This document shows positions 29,089-39,500 of a stretch of 64,000 nt of DNA, piece after piece (position 1 is the stretch's first letter; every line of letters begins with the position of its first letter). A program made the position numbers and the translations under genes. The notes below the pieces were generated by a model. It saw nothing but the letters and a program-made list of their open reading frames with translations. It was not told the DNA's origin and ran no database searches. Where the stretch lies: NCBI GenBank assembly GCA_963719425.1, contig OY970382.1:650880-714879 (forward strand), given 5' to 3'. The DNA is from an uncultured bacterium. GTDB lineage: Bacteria > Patescibacteriota > Minisyncoccia > UBA6257 > 2-01-FULL-56-20.

Positions 29089-31161
29089 TTATGCTTGAAG
29101 ATCCAAGTTCTGCACGGTCGCCGCGTGCGCCTGGATGAAATTCTTTCGCGGTTCCACGGCGTCGCCCATCAGTATGTCAAAAAGTTTGTCCGCCTTTTCC
29201 GCATCGTCAACCATCACCTGCTTCATCATACGGTTCTCCGGATTCATGGTTGTTTCCCAAAGCTGTCCAGCATTCATCTCACCCAGGCCCTTGTAACGCT
29301 GGATGTTCGGGAGGCGCGTACTGCCGCCCGCGCTTTCGCTCTCTGGCACTGCTTCTAGGTCCGCCGTGGATATAGAAGCAGCACTGGACGGGGCCGCTTT
29401 CTGTTTCGCAGATCTTTTCTCCGCCGGCTTTTCCTTCTGCATCTCCGCGATCACCCTATCCTTCTCCGCGTCCGAGAATGCATACCGCACGGCCTTGCCG
29501 AGCTGGATGCGATACAGCGGCGGCTGCGCAATATAAAGATAGCCGCCTTCCACCACTTCTTTGAAGTAACGGTAGAAAAGCGTGAGAAGCAACGTCCGGA
29601 TGTGCGCGCCGTCCACGTCCGCGTCCGTCATGATGATGACCTTGTGATACCGGAGCTTCCCTATGTCAAACTCCTCGCCGATCGCCGTGCCGATCGCGAC
29701 CACAAGCGCGCGCACCTCCGCATTCGCAAGCATCTTGTCCAAGTGCGCCCGCTCCACGTTTAAAATTTTTCCGCGCAAAGGCAATATCGCCTGCGTGTGG
29801 CGATTTCTCCCCTGCTTTGCCGTACCTCCCGCGGAATCGCCTTCCACAATGAAGAGCTCCGATTCCGCCGCATTCTTTGAAATGCAGTCGGCAAGCTTGC
29901 CCGGCAACGTAAGCCCCTCAAACGCGCCCTTTCGTAAAACGGTTTCCCGCGCTGCGCGCGCGGCAAGCCGCGCCTTTGCGGTAAGCAATACCTTCGCCAC
30001 AATGTTCTTCGCTTCCTGCGGGTGCTTCTCCAAAAAATCCTTTAGCGCCTCATTCACAACGCTTTCCACCGCCGTTCTTGCCTCGGGATTTCCCAACTTC
30101 GCCTTGGTCTGCCCCTCAAACTGCGGCTCGCGGAGTTTCACGGAAATCACGGCCACCAACCCCTCTCGCACGTCGTCGCTCGTCAGGTTCTCGTCCTTTT
30201 CTTTCAGGTATCCTTCTGCACGCGCATAGGCATTCAAAGAACGCGTGAGTGCCGAACGGAAACCGGTGAGATGCATCCCACCGTCAGGCGTGTAAATGTT
30301 GTTCGCAAAGCTCATCTCCTGCACTTTCGTGTCGTCCACGTACTGGAACGCTGTTTCTACCTCTATCTTCTCCTGTTCTTTATCAACGTAAAAAATATCT
30401 TCCTGCAGCTTGTTCTTCTTCTCGGCAAGAAACCGCACGAAAGAAAGAAGGCCTCCTTCAAAATAAAATCCGTAGAATACCGGCATCTTCTGCCGCCGAT
30501 CAAATATGTTGATCCGCACACCTTTCGTAAGATAGGCCTGCTGGCGCAAGTGATCCAAAATCGTCTTGTCGTCAAATTCGAGTTCGGTGAGAATCTGCGG
30601 GTCAGGCGAAAAGGTCACCTTCGTGCCGTGCCGCTTGGAAGGGCCGACTTTTTTCACTTTATATTTCGGCTTGCCGCGCACGTACTCCTGCACATAGAGT
30701 CCGCCGTCGCGCTCCACTTCCACCTTGAGCCATTCCGAGAGCGCATTCACGACCGACACGCCCACGCCGTGCAACCCGCCCGAAACCTTGTACGATTCGC
30801 CGCCGAACTTACCTCCGGCGTGGAGCGTCGTCATCACGGTCTCAAGCGCCGATTTCTTCGTCTGCGCGTGCCTCTCCACCGGGATCCCGCGGCCGTCGTC
30901 CGTCACCGCAACTTTACTTCCAGGCAAGAGTTCAACGGTGATGTTCTTCGCGTATCCCGCCATCGCCTCGTCAATAGAGTTGTCCACGACCTCCCAGATC
31001 AGGTGGTGCAATCCAATGGAGCCCGTGGAGCCGATGTACATCCCGGGCCGCCTGCGCACCGGCTCAAGCCCTTCAAGAACGTAAATATCCTTCGCGCTGT
31101 AGGAGGCGCTGCCCTTATTAGTATCCTTTTTGGCTCCTTTTTTCGCTTGTTTTCCAGGCAT
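29089..31161 (-). CDS. gyrB: DNA gyrase subunit B
   Basis: EPVRRRPGMYIG, LHAGGKF, VEGDSAGG, MTDADVDG, QRYKGLGEM. Confidence 0.96.
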   Translation of the reverse strand: MPGKQAKKGAKKDTNKGSASYSAKDIYVLEGLEPVRRRPGMYIGSTGSIGLHHLIWEVVDNSIDEAMAGYAKNITVELLPGSKVAVTDDGRGIPVERHAQTKKSALETVMTTLHAGGKFGGESYKVSGGLHGVGVSVVNALSEWLKVEVERDGGLYVQEYVRGKPKYKVKKVGPSKRHGTKVTFSPDPQILTELEFDDKTILDHLRQQAYLTKGVRINIFDRRQKMPVFYGFYFEGGLLSFVRFLAEKKNKLQEDIFYVDKEQEKIEVETAFQYVDDTKVQEMSFANNIYTPDGGMHLTGFRSALTRSLNAYARAEGYLKEKDENLTSDDVREGLVAVISVKLREPQFEGQTKAKLGNPEARTAVESVVNEALKDFLEKHPQEAKNIVAKVLLTAKARLAARAARETVLRKGAFEGLTLPGKLADCISKNAAESELFIVEGDSAGGTAKQGRNRHTQAILPLRGKILNVERAHLDKMLANAEVRALVVAIGTAIGEEFDIGKLRYHKVIIMTDADVDGAHIRTLLLTLFYRYFKEVVEGGYLYIAQPPLYRIQLGKAVRYAFSDAEKDRVIAEMQKEKPAEKRSAKQKAAPSSAASISTADLEAVPESESAGGSTRLPNIQRYKGLGEMNAGQLWETTMNPENRMMKQVMVDDAEKADKLFDILMGDAVEPRKNFIQAHAATVQNLDLQA

Positions 31162-31265
31162 TTTCGGGCCCTTCCGGCCCTCTTCAAAAAATAATCCCGC
31201 CGGAACGGATACCTTATTCTAGCATATTTCCGGGCAAAATTCCAAGCGTTTATGAACGCCAAAAA

Positions 31266-31586
31266 TCAAGCAGCGGCGCGGGATTTCAGGTAGCGAACGT
31301 CCTCCTTCAGATAGTGGACATCCCCTTTCAGGTAATGAATATCTTCCTTAAGTATCTTCACGTCTTCTTTAAGCACCCTGACGTCATCCTTGAGAACCCT
31401 AATGTCAGCACCCTGGGACACAACCTCCCGCTCCAGTTTCCCCATTCTCTCCTCCATCCGATCTGTTTTTTGAGAAAGCACGGCTACCCGCTCATCGATG
31501 CGGACAATGAGCTCTTTTGTGGAGCCGAGCAAAAGCGTGGAGATCCAGTTGCCGATAGTTTGAGCAATGGTAAGTTTTTCATCCAT
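31266..31586 (-). CDS. Coiled-coil protein with heptad (21-bp) tandem repeats
   Basis: LKDDVRV-LKEDVKI-LKEDIHY-LKGDVHY-LKEDVRY; TTGACA/TACGAT promoter upstream. Confidence 0.7.
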   Translation of the reverse strand: MDEKLTIAQTIGNWISTLLLGSTKELIVRIDERVAVLSQKTDRMEERMGKLEREVVSQGADIRVLKDDVRVLKEDVKILKEDIHYLKGDVHYLKEDVRYLKSRAAA

Positions 31587-31669
31587 GGTAGTAGACAATC
31601 TCATCGTAGCGATCGCCATGATAATGTCAAAAGGTTTTTAATAATCTTTTAATCTGGTTTTTCGCGCGT

Positions 31670-32842
31670 TCAAAATTGCGCGGTCTGCGGGACGCCGAGT
31701 CCGGTCACGTAGTCGTAGCGCGCGCGGGCGTTGCAATAATATTTGCAGGTGCCGTTCGCGCCGCTCGTGATGTCGCGGAAATATTTGAGCGTGTCGCCGG
31801 ACGCCTTGTCTGAATAGAGTTTTTGCAGCGAAACAGAGAGGTTGAGCGCGTGGATTGCTGCCCATTGCGGCGCACCGGCAGAGGTGCCGCCGACCGTGTA
31901 CCAGCCGTTTTTTGATGAACCGGTGGTGCGATACACGACGAATCCGGATTTTGGATCCGCATTATAAGCCACGTCAGGAACCGCACGATGGCCGCTCGCT
32001 TTGGGAATGTTGTACGCTTTTTGATAATCAGGCTCCGGCTCGTAGGCACTCACGCCGCCGCCGCTCCCCGCCCACGCCGATTCCGAAATGAACGCACCAC
32101 TTTTGAAAAGTTCCAGCGACGTGCCGCCGACGCCCACCACGTTCGGCGACGCGGCTGGCCACTCCGCGCCCGCGCCGTCGTCGCCGGACGCCGCAAAGAA
32201 TACCGCCCCCGCCTTGCTCACAAGATGTGAATCAAGCGAAAGCTCTTCGGGAAATTCCTCGCCGCCCCAGCTCATGGAGATCGCGACCACATCCTTGCGC
32301 GATGCCGCATAATCAACCGCCGCAAGCAGGTTTGCCCCGCTCGCCGTTTTTGCTTCCACAAGCAAAATTTTTGCCTGCGGCGCTATCGCATGCGCCCACT
32401 CAACGTCAAGTGATTCCTCCAACGCCCACCCGCCATTCGTAGCCGTGGAACTCGCTATTTTATGTTTTTCCAAACAACCGTTCTTCGTCGTGCACGCGGG
32501 CAATCCGTAGGTTTTATTGAACACCGCGAGATTACTCTCAATGTTCGGGGCGTCGTATGCGTCAATAATGGCAATTGTCCCCTGGCCACCCGTGGACGGC
32601 AGATTATAAATCCTTTTGATCTCCGCGGGAGTCACGCCCGCGGGCGCTTTCTGCGCCGATCGGAAAATGTGAATCGGCGGCTTGCCTAAAAAGCCAGAGA
32701 AGTGATAGGTTGCCTCCGCCGTCTGCGACGGCGACAAAGCCAGCGACAAAACCGGCAGCCACACCCACGCCGCCCATATCGCCCACGCCCAACCGCCCGC
32801 AACCGCGACGCACAAAACGCCCGACAAAATTTTGTTTTTCAT
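31670..32842 (-). CDS. Secreted S53 (sedolisin/kumamolisin-like) serine peptidase
   Basis: ExxxD (EESLDVE), ASGDDG, GGTSAGAP, YDYVTGLG. Confidence 0.9.
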   Translation of the reverse strand: MKNKILSGVLCVAVAGGWAWAIWAAWVWLPVLSLALSPSQTAEATYHFSGFLGKPPIHIFRSAQKAPAGVTPAEIKRIYNLPSTGGQGTIAIIDAYDAPNIESNLAVFNKTYGLPACTTKNGCLEKHKIASSTATNGGWALEESLDVEWAHAIAPQAKILLVEAKTASGANLLAAVDYAASRKDVVAISMSWGGEEFPEELSLDSHLVSKAGAVFFAASGDDGAGAEWPAASPNVVGVGGTSLELFKSGAFISESAWAGSGGGVSAYEPEPDYQKAYNIPKASGHRAVPDVAYNADPKSGFVVYRTTGSSKNGWYTVGGTSAGAPQWAAIHALNLSVSLQKLYSDKASGDTLKYFRDITSGANGTCKYYCNARARYDYVTGLGVPQTAQF

Positions 32843-32905
32843 GCCGCAATCCTAGCACAAAGGGCATTAAAACTTTGTTAAAGGAACGTGATATCATTTC
32901 CACAT

Positions 32906-33448
32906 ATGGCCCACGAAACGGAAACGACAGTGCTGAACATTGACGCCCGCGCGATCACAGAAAAACTTACGGCACTTGGAGCTGTGAAAACGCAGGACAC
33001 GATGCTTTCGGTTGATTGGTACCGGATCAGAGGAACAAAAGAGGGCAAGGATCCGTGGTTTCTGCGGATCCGCTCCGACGCCCGCGGCATGCACGAGGTG
33101 ACATGGAAAGCGAGATCGGACATTTTGGGAACCACGCGGCGGCACAAAGAGATCAATTTTCTGATCGCGGAACCCGCGAAGCTGGCCAATCTCTTTGAGG
33201 AACTGGGACTCGAGAAATACGCACATCAGGATAAAAAACGGACATCATTCCGGTTCAAGGACTGGTCATTTGACATTGACACGTATCCAAAGATGCCGCC
33301 CTATCTTGAAATTGAGGGCACAAGCGAAAAGCACGTAAGGGAAGCAATCGTGCTCCTCGGTCTCCAAGGCCACCGCACATGGGCAGAGGGCGAACGCATC
33401 CTTGCTCAAAAAATTTACGGGCTTGACTGGTACGAGATGCAGTTTTAG
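32906..33448 (+). CDS. CYTH-domain protein
   Basis: N-terminal ExE, FLRIR, TWK, KKRTSF, DID, YLEIEG. Confidence 0.85.
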   Translation: MAHETETTVLNIDARAITEKLTALGAVKTQDTMLSVDWYRIRGTKEGKDPWFLRIRSDARGMHEVTWKARSDILGTTRRHKEINFLIAEPAKLANLFEELGLEKYAHQDKKRTSFRFKDWSFDIDTYPKMPPYLEIEGTSEKHVREAIVLLGLQGHRTWAEGERILAQKIYGLDWYEMQF

Positions 33449-33481
33449 CCGCGCGCACCCGGCGCTGGATCCTGCGTGCTC

Positions 33482-34903
33482 CTACCCCTTCGTGCTGCGG
33501 TCGTTCACGCTCACAAAACGGAATCCTTCCGAGCGCATGGCGGGGAGGATATAGGGCGTGTCGTCGTTCTCCATGGAAAGCGTGGGGCGCGCGGGTGAGA
33601 GGTGCGTGACGCGGCTCAAGGCCTGCGGCAAGCTTTCGTCAAAGCGAAGGTGCATGGTTGGACCGACGACCTCGCCGTCCTTCACAAGAAAGACGCCGTG
33701 GAGCGTGGTGCCGGTCGCGCTGCCGTCCTGCTGGTGCGTCGCACGGATATAGTGAAGCGTCGTGATCCAGAGCGCGGGCCTCTTTGACGCGCGGATCATC
33801 TCTTCCACACTTGAGGTACCGCCCTGGATGGCGAGATGCAGCGGCAGGGCGCCGAAACTGCGGGCGGAAGCGGGCAGCGCATGGCCGGTGGACACCGTGC
33901 CGTATTTTTTCGCGAGCGCGTTGTCGTATGCCACGCTTTTTGCGATACCGTTCTCCACCAACACAAGTTTTTGTTTTGGGAATCCTTCATAATCAAACGC
34001 CTGCGGGATGCCAAGCGGATTCAACGGGTCATCAACAATAGTGATGTTCTCCCCCATCACGCGCGTGCCGAGCTTGCCGGAGAAAAAGCTCGTGCCCTCC
34101 TGATATGCCTTCCCGTTCCACGCCTCCGCTTGTCCCGAAAAAATGGCGAGGAGTCCCGCCCAGCACGACGGCTCCATGATCACGTCAAACCGCTGTGGTC
34201 CAGGTTTCCCGTCAAAAGGATCAATGTACTTCCCGCCGTGCGCGGAAAGGTACTTCTTCTGGATCTCCAATTTCTTTTTCACGTCCTCCGCGACCGCAGC
34301 GACTCCGAATCCTTTGAGCGACTTCCCCGCCACCGTGCGATACGCGGAGATGGAGCGGTCCTTCGGATCAAAACCGAATATGGAAAGTTCGGTGCTTGTG
34401 GACTTCGCGCTCTGCAAGGTGCCCGCCGAATTTGCGAACGTAAGCTCGCCCACGCCTTGCGCGATCGCGCCGTCAAATATGAATCCCGCGGGCTCTATGA
34501 TGCCGTTTATTTCCTGAATGGTGTACACGAGTTTCCCGTCGTCCATTTGCGCGGTTTCCGCGTCGTAAAGGAGCGATTCAGGGACCGACGCTTTTGGAAA
34601 CGGCTTTGCGGGGATGAAAAGTTCCTCCTTTTCGCGCGGCAGGAGGCGCGCTTTCACGAACAAATTTTCTATCTCACCCGGGAGCGCATCCAATGAATCA
34701 CATGAGGCATTCACCCGCTTGCCGTCAATGATACAGCTCACCATAATGGAAATGCCCTCGCCTGCCGTCGGCTGATAACTCTCACCGTCCGTGATGCGTT
34801 TGAAGGAGCGCGAGCCCTGCACGACCATCACCTCCGTGAACGCCGCGCCGCGCCGTTTCGTATCCTCAAGAACTTTTGCGATTATTTCTTGTACGTTTTT
34901 CAT
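33482..34903 (-). CDS. TldE/PmbA-family protein
   Basis: FDYEGFPKQ...LVENG, STGHA; overlaps the tldD stop. Confidence 0.85.
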   Translation of the reverse strand: MKNVQEIIAKVLEDTKRRGAAFTEVMVVQGSRSFKRITDGESYQPTAGEGISIMVSCIIDGKRVNASCDSLDALPGEIENLFVKARLLPREKEELFIPAKPFPKASVPESLLYDAETAQMDDGKLVYTIQEINGIIEPAGFIFDGAIAQGVGELTFANSAGTLQSAKSTSTELSIFGFDPKDRSISAYRTVAGKSLKGFGVAAVAEDVKKKLEIQKKYLSAHGGKYIDPFDGKPGPQRFDVIMEPSCWAGLLAIFSGQAEAWNGKAYQEGTSFFSGKLGTRVMGENITIVDDPLNPLGIPQAFDYEGFPKQKLVLVENGIAKSVAYDNALAKKYGTVSTGHALPASARSFGALPLHLAIQGGTSSVEEMIRASKRPALWITTLHYIRATHQQDGSATGTTLHGVFLVKDGEVVGPTMHLRFDESLPQALSRVTHLSPARPTLSMENDDTPYILPAMRSEGFRFVSVNDRSTKG

Positions 34904-36438
34904 TTTTTTGCTGTCGCCGAGCGCGACGAGTCAACATTAATATTCTTGTACCAGGTGGGCGGCGTGCAGTGTCCGGTCGCCATGGTTTGCACTGGCCTCC
35001 CCTTGCCGCAATTGCCCACGCCGAGCAAGAGCGCGCTCTTCGCGTCCGCGGGCGTCACGCAATTCCGGAAGAATTGTTTCAGATTGTCGCCGCGGTAGAC
35101 CGGATTGCGCCGCGGCTCCCAAACCACCTTCCCGTTCCGCATCACCTTCTCCCACCCGGTCTCCGTGCCGAATTGGAAATCGCGGCGGTACGGATCAATG
35201 GACCAGCTCTTGTTGTTGCCGAAGCGGATCGTGCCCACGGGCACGCGATCCAGCATCTCTTCATAGGAAATTTCGCCGGGCAAGAGCGATATGTTGTTCA
35301 TGCGGATGAGCGGGAATGAGGCGTAACTTGACGCGCGCATGGCGCCGCTCGCCTCCGTGAAATAATTTTTGCCGAGCTTGCGGTTAAGCGACGGCGCACT
35401 CTCGCGGGAAACAAGAAGTCCCTTCCAAATGCCACAATCCACAAGGACGGTTCTTTTCGCAGGAATCCCTTCGTCATCGCACGCGAACGTCCCCACGCCG
35501 CCCTCGGTCAAACTGTCCGCAACAATGCTCACCGCATCGGAGCCGAACCGGAACGAGCCGATTTCCGGAAGCACGAGCGAGAACAAGCTGCCGCCGGAGA
35601 GCGACCACTCTTTGTCGTCCACGCGATCCCCTTCCGCGCCGTGCACCGTTTCGTGCGTCGCGTGCAGATTGTTCTGCTCCGGCATCAAAATGATGTCGCG
35701 GACGCCCGTCGGCGTCTCGGGCGCATCCAAAAACCGATCCGCCTCTTCCGCGACCCGTCCCGCATTCCCCACAAGATCAAAATCAAGCACCGCTTCCCAC
35801 CCTTTTTGCATAACCGACGGGAAGTGCGACGGATGCGAACAGGTCTGCTTGTCGGGATCGGCGTGGTCGCGCTCCGCCGTCGCCGTGACGCTTGCGCCGA
35901 CACGCATGAATGTCTGGTCGGCAAACACATTGTCGCTCGTGAACAGAATCTTTCTGAAGCGACGCGAATTTATATGCCCCTTCCGCAAAAACACGCGCTT
36001 ACTCACTTCGGCCATCGCGCGGTCCGCGCGCAAAAGCAGTTCCACCTTTTTGTCAACCGCGATGGAGAACGGATCAGTCTCGTATTTGGAGGTGTAACGA
36101 TGCTCCTTTCCGCGTTCACCGTCACTCAAAGAAAGTAACTCCACCGGATGCTTACGCGTTGCCGCATTCGCGCGGGCGTTCGCGACCGCGCGTTCAACGA
36201 CCTTCGCAATCTCCGCCTTGTCCAGCGTGTCGGTCGCGTAAAAACCCCACGCGCCATCGCAGAGCACCCGCACACCGAACCCGGCATGCGTGCCCGTGTT
36301 CACGGCAACCACTTCGCCGTTCTCCGTTTCCACCTCTTCAAAACGATCCTCGGGGTACACGCGTATATCCGCATAAGAGGCGCCCGCGCGCTTCGCGCGC
36401 TGAATCGCTTCCTCCGTGAACGAACGCCAATCTTCCAT
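34900..36438 (-). CDS. tldD: TldD-family metalloprotease
   Basis: YADIR, GFGVRV, HETVH, DDEG, RMNN, CGKG.P.Q. Confidence 0.9.
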   Translation of the reverse strand: MEDWRSFTEEAIQRAKRAGASYADIRVYPEDRFEEVETENGEVVAVNTGTHAGFGVRVLCDGAWGFYATDTLDKAEIAKVVERAVANARANAATRKHPVELLSLSDGERGKEHRYTSKYETDPFSIAVDKKVELLLRADRAMAEVSKRVFLRKGHINSRRFRKILFTSDNVFADQTFMRVGASVTATAERDHADPDKQTCSHPSHFPSVMQKGWEAVLDFDLVGNAGRVAEEADRFLDAPETPTGVRDIILMPEQNNLHATHETVHGAEGDRVDDKEWSLSGGSLFSLVLPEIGSFRFGSDAVSIVADSLTEGGVGTFACDDEGIPAKRTVLVDCGIWKGLLVSRESAPSLNRKLGKNYFTEASGAMRASSYASFPLIRMNNISLLPGEISYEEMLDRVPVGTIRFGNNKSWSIDPYRRDFQFGTETGWEKVMRNGKVVWEPRRNPVYRGDNLKQFFRNCVTPADAKSALLLGVGNCGKGRPVQTMATGHCTPPTWYKNINVDSSRSATAKK

Positions 36439-36533
36439 GGTGCTTTCCATTGTAAGAAAATCCAGCCCTAAACGCCAGAGTCCGTCTACGGCCCCTGGCA
36501 CCAATTTCCCCGCGCTTTTCGTATAAATATCCA

Positions 36534-37157
36534 ATGAAAAAATATCTCCTGTCTTTCTTTCTCGTCATCGCGTTCGCGTTTTACGTTATGCTCAACAACC
36601 AGAGCTCGGTGGATGTCGGTCCCTCTGCGGGCGCACCGATAACTGCGAACACCGGTGCCAATACGAATAGCGTAGCGAACTTGCCCGCTGAGCCGACACA
36701 AAGGAACACTGGCAGCGGCACGACGGGCCAGACAGAGGACACGAGCCCGGAGGACGGAGGAACCGCAACGCCAGCACCTTCGCCCGCGCCGACACCGGCG
36801 ACGACACAAACGCCAACCCCGGCGCCAGTGCAGACACCCACCCCAACCCCGGCGCCGGCACAAACCGCCAGCATGTATAAAGACGGCTCGTACACCGGGA
36901 GCGTGGCTGATGCCTTCTACGGCAACGTTCAGGTGCAAGCCATCATTCAGAACAGAGCATTGAGCGATGTGCAGGTTCTGCAATACCCGAGCGACCGCAG
37001 CACTTCGCGCGAAATCAACGGCGCGGCGATGCCGCAGCTCGTGCAGGAAGCAATCCAGGCGCAGAGCGCAAACGTCAATATCGTATCGGGCGCCACGCAA
37101 TCAAGCGAGGCTTTCCGACAATCGCTCGCTTCGGCGCTTGTGGCGGCGAAGGCATAA
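36534..37157 (+). CDS. Membrane-anchored FMN-binding (flavinylation target) protein
   Basis: Pro/Thr linker, YKDGSYTG, VSGATQSS flavinylation motif. Confidence 0.9.
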   Translation: MKKYLLSFFLVIAFAFYVMLNNQSSVDVGPSAGAPITANTGANTNSVANLPAEPTQRNTGSGTTGQTEDTSPEDGGTATPAPSPAPTPATTQTPTPAPVQTPTPTPAPAQTASMYKDGSYTGSVADAFYGNVQVQAIIQNRALSDVQVLQYPSDRSTSREINGAAMPQLVQEAIQAQSANVNIVSGATQSSEAFRQSLASALVAAKA

Positions 37158-37170
37158 ACCGCACCGCACG

Positions 37171-37929
37171 ATGAAAGAAACACGCATCCTTATGGGCATG
37201 CCGGTTACGGTGGAGATCGTGGATGCGGCAGATGCAAAAACCGCAGAAGAAGCCGTGCGCGCAGTGTTCAATTATTTCAGATACGTAGACGAAAAATTCA
37301 GCACCTACAAAGACATGAGTGAGGTCACGGCGATCAATGAGGGACGCCTGCACGCACGCGACTGGAGTGAGGACATGAAAACGATCTTCGCGCTCGCGGA
37401 GGAGACGAAGCGGCTCACCGACGGCTATTTTGACATCCAGCGGCCGGACGGCACGTACGACCCGTCGGGCATAGTGAAGGGCTGGGCAATCCGGAATGCC
37501 GCGAATCTGATAGAAAAACGCGGCTTCAAAAATTTCTACGTGGATGCAGGCGGCGACATTCAAACGCACGGCACGAACGCGGAGGACAAAAAGTGGGCAG
37601 TGGGGATCAAAAATCCGTGGAATGAGAACGAAAGTGTGAAAGTGGTGTACGCAAGCGGCGAGGGCATCGCGACCTCGGGAATCTACATCCGCGGCGGGCA
37701 CATTTATAATCCGAAAACTGGCAGAGCGGCGGATGAGATCGTAAGTTTGACCGTTGTGGGGCCGGACGTCTACGAAGCGGACCGCTTCGCGACCGCCGCG
37801 TTCGCCATGGGCCGCGCGGGCATTCATTTCATAGAAAAGTTGGATGGCTTTGAGGGGTACCTGATAGATAAAAACAAAACGGCGACCATGACGAAAGGAT
37901 TTGAAAAATATGCTCAACGCAATAGATAG
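37171..37929 (+). CDS. apbE: FAD:protein FMN transferase
   Basis: MGM.V, DPSGIVKGWA, AGGD, ATSG, HIYNP, ADRFATA. Confidence 0.92.
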   Translation: MKETRILMGMPVTVEIVDAADAKTAEEAVRAVFNYFRYVDEKFSTYKDMSEVTAINEGRLHARDWSEDMKTIFALAEETKRLTDGYFDIQRPDGTYDPSGIVKGWAIRNAANLIEKRGFKNFYVDAGGDIQTHGTNAEDKKWAVGIKNPWNENESVKVVYASGEGIATSGIYIRGGHIYNPKTGRAADEIVSLTVVGPDVYEADRFATAAFAMGRAGIHFIEKLDGFEGYLIDKNKTATMTKGFEKYAQRNR

Positions 37930-39442
37930 CTTCCTCAACCGGATCACGATGTACTGGCTCCTGCTCTATGTGCTCGCCGCGTCCCTTGTGATCGCCGCCG
38001 CGTTCGGCGCCCTGGGCATCCTTCCCTATTCGCCGGTCGCAATCGCGTTTTCAACCGCAGTGCTCCTCGCCGTCGCATGGATCACAAACCAGCTCTTCGC
38101 AAAAACCTTCGGCGCGCAACCGAACGTGGAATCCGTCTACATCACGGCGCTCATTTTGGCGCTCATCATCGCGCCCGTCATGCCTTCCGGCATCCCTGCC
38201 AATATGACAGGCATCTCGTTCCTTATTTGGGCGGCGGTGTGGGCAATGGCGTGCAAATACATGCTCGCAACCAGGAAAAAACATTTCTTTAACCCGGCGG
38301 CCTTCGCGGTCGCGCTCACCGCCCTCACCATCAATCAATCCGCGAATTGGTGGATTGGCGGAAATCTGCCCATGCTCGCCTTTGTTTTGATCGGCGGGTT
38401 TCTCATCGTGCGGAAGATACGACGCTTTGATCTCGTCCTTAGCTTTCTTACCGTTGGTCTTGCGACGGTCTTGCTCACAAACAGCGGCGAGAATCCGCTG
38501 ACCGCACTCCAACAGGTGTTCCTCCATACGCCGATCTTTTTCCTCGCAGCAGTGATGCTCACGGAACCATTGACAACACCTCCCACGCGCACGGGAAGAA
38601 TCGCCTACGGCGCGCTCGTCGGATTTCTCTTTGCGCCCGCAATCCATCTCGGCTCCATCTATTCCACGCCGGAGCTCGCGCTTCTTGTCGGCAACGTTTT
38701 TTCATATTTCATAAGCCCGAAAGGAAAATATATGTTCTCTCTCAAAAAGAAAGCCCAGACCGGTACCGACACGTACGACTTCGCGTTTGGAACGAAGGAG
38801 CCAATCTCTTTCCGCCCTGGCCAATATATGGAGTGGACTTTGGGGCATAAAAAAAGCGACAGCCGCGGCAACCGGCGCTACTTTACCATCGCCTCGTCGC
38901 CCACCGAGCCCGCACTGCACCTCGGCGTGAAATTTTACGAGCCCGCAAGCAGTTTCAAAAAGCGCATGCGTGCCCTGCAGCCGGGCGATGAAATCGTTGG
39001 CGGACAGCTTGCGGGAGATTTTGTGCTGCCGAAGGACGAACGCAAAAAACTTGTCTTCCTCGCCGGCGGCATTGGTATCACGCCCTTCCGCAGCATGGTC
39101 AAATATCTCGCGGATTGCGAAGAAAAACGGGACATTGTGCTCCTCTATTCAAACCGCACCGCGGACGAGATCGCCTACCGCGAAATTTTCGACGAGGCGG
39201 CGCACACGATCGGGCTCAAGACGATCTATGCCGTAACGAGTACGGAAGGGACGCTCCCGCCGAACGGGTACCGCGGACGCATTGATGCCGGCCTTATCGT
39301 GAAAACCATTCCCGATTATCGTGAGCGGACTTTTTACATTTCCGGAACGCGTGCGATGGTGACTTCGCTCCGCGAAACGCTCCGCGCGATGCATATTCCC
39401 GGCCGCCACATCAAAACCGACTTCTTCCCGGGGTTCGTATAG
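37910..39442 (+). CDS. RnfD/NqrB-like membrane domain fused to an FNR-type FAD/NAD(P)-binding domain
   Basis: HFFNPAA, MLTEPLTTP; RYFTIAS, AGGIGITPFRS. Confidence 0.85.
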   Translation: MLNAIDSFLNRITMYWLLLYVLAASLVIAAAFGALGILPYSPVAIAFSTAVLLAVAWITNQLFAKTFGAQPNVESVYITALILALIIAPVMPSGIPANMTGISFLIWAAVWAMACKYMLATRKKHFFNPAAFAVALTALTINQSANWWIGGNLPMLAFVLIGGFLIVRKIRRFDLVLSFLTVGLATVLLTNSGENPLTALQQVFLHTPIFFLAAVMLTEPLTTPPTRTGRIAYGALVGFLFAPAIHLGSIYSTPELALLVGNVFSYFISPKGKYMFSLKKKAQTGTDTYDFAFGTKEPISFRPGQYMEWTLGHKKSDSRGNRRYFTIASSPTEPALHLGVKFYEPASSFKKRMRALQPGDEIVGGQLAGDFVLPKDERKKLVFLAGGIGITPFRSMVKYLADCEEKRDIVLLYSNRTADEIAYREIFDEAAHTIGLKTIYAVTSTEGTLPPNGYRGRIDAGLIVKTIPDYRERTFYISGTRAMVTSLRETLRAMHIPGRHIKTDFFPGFV

Positions 39443-39500
39443 ACACGCAAAGAACAGATTTACAGCCGCCGCGGAAACTGCCAGAATACCATCATAGCGC

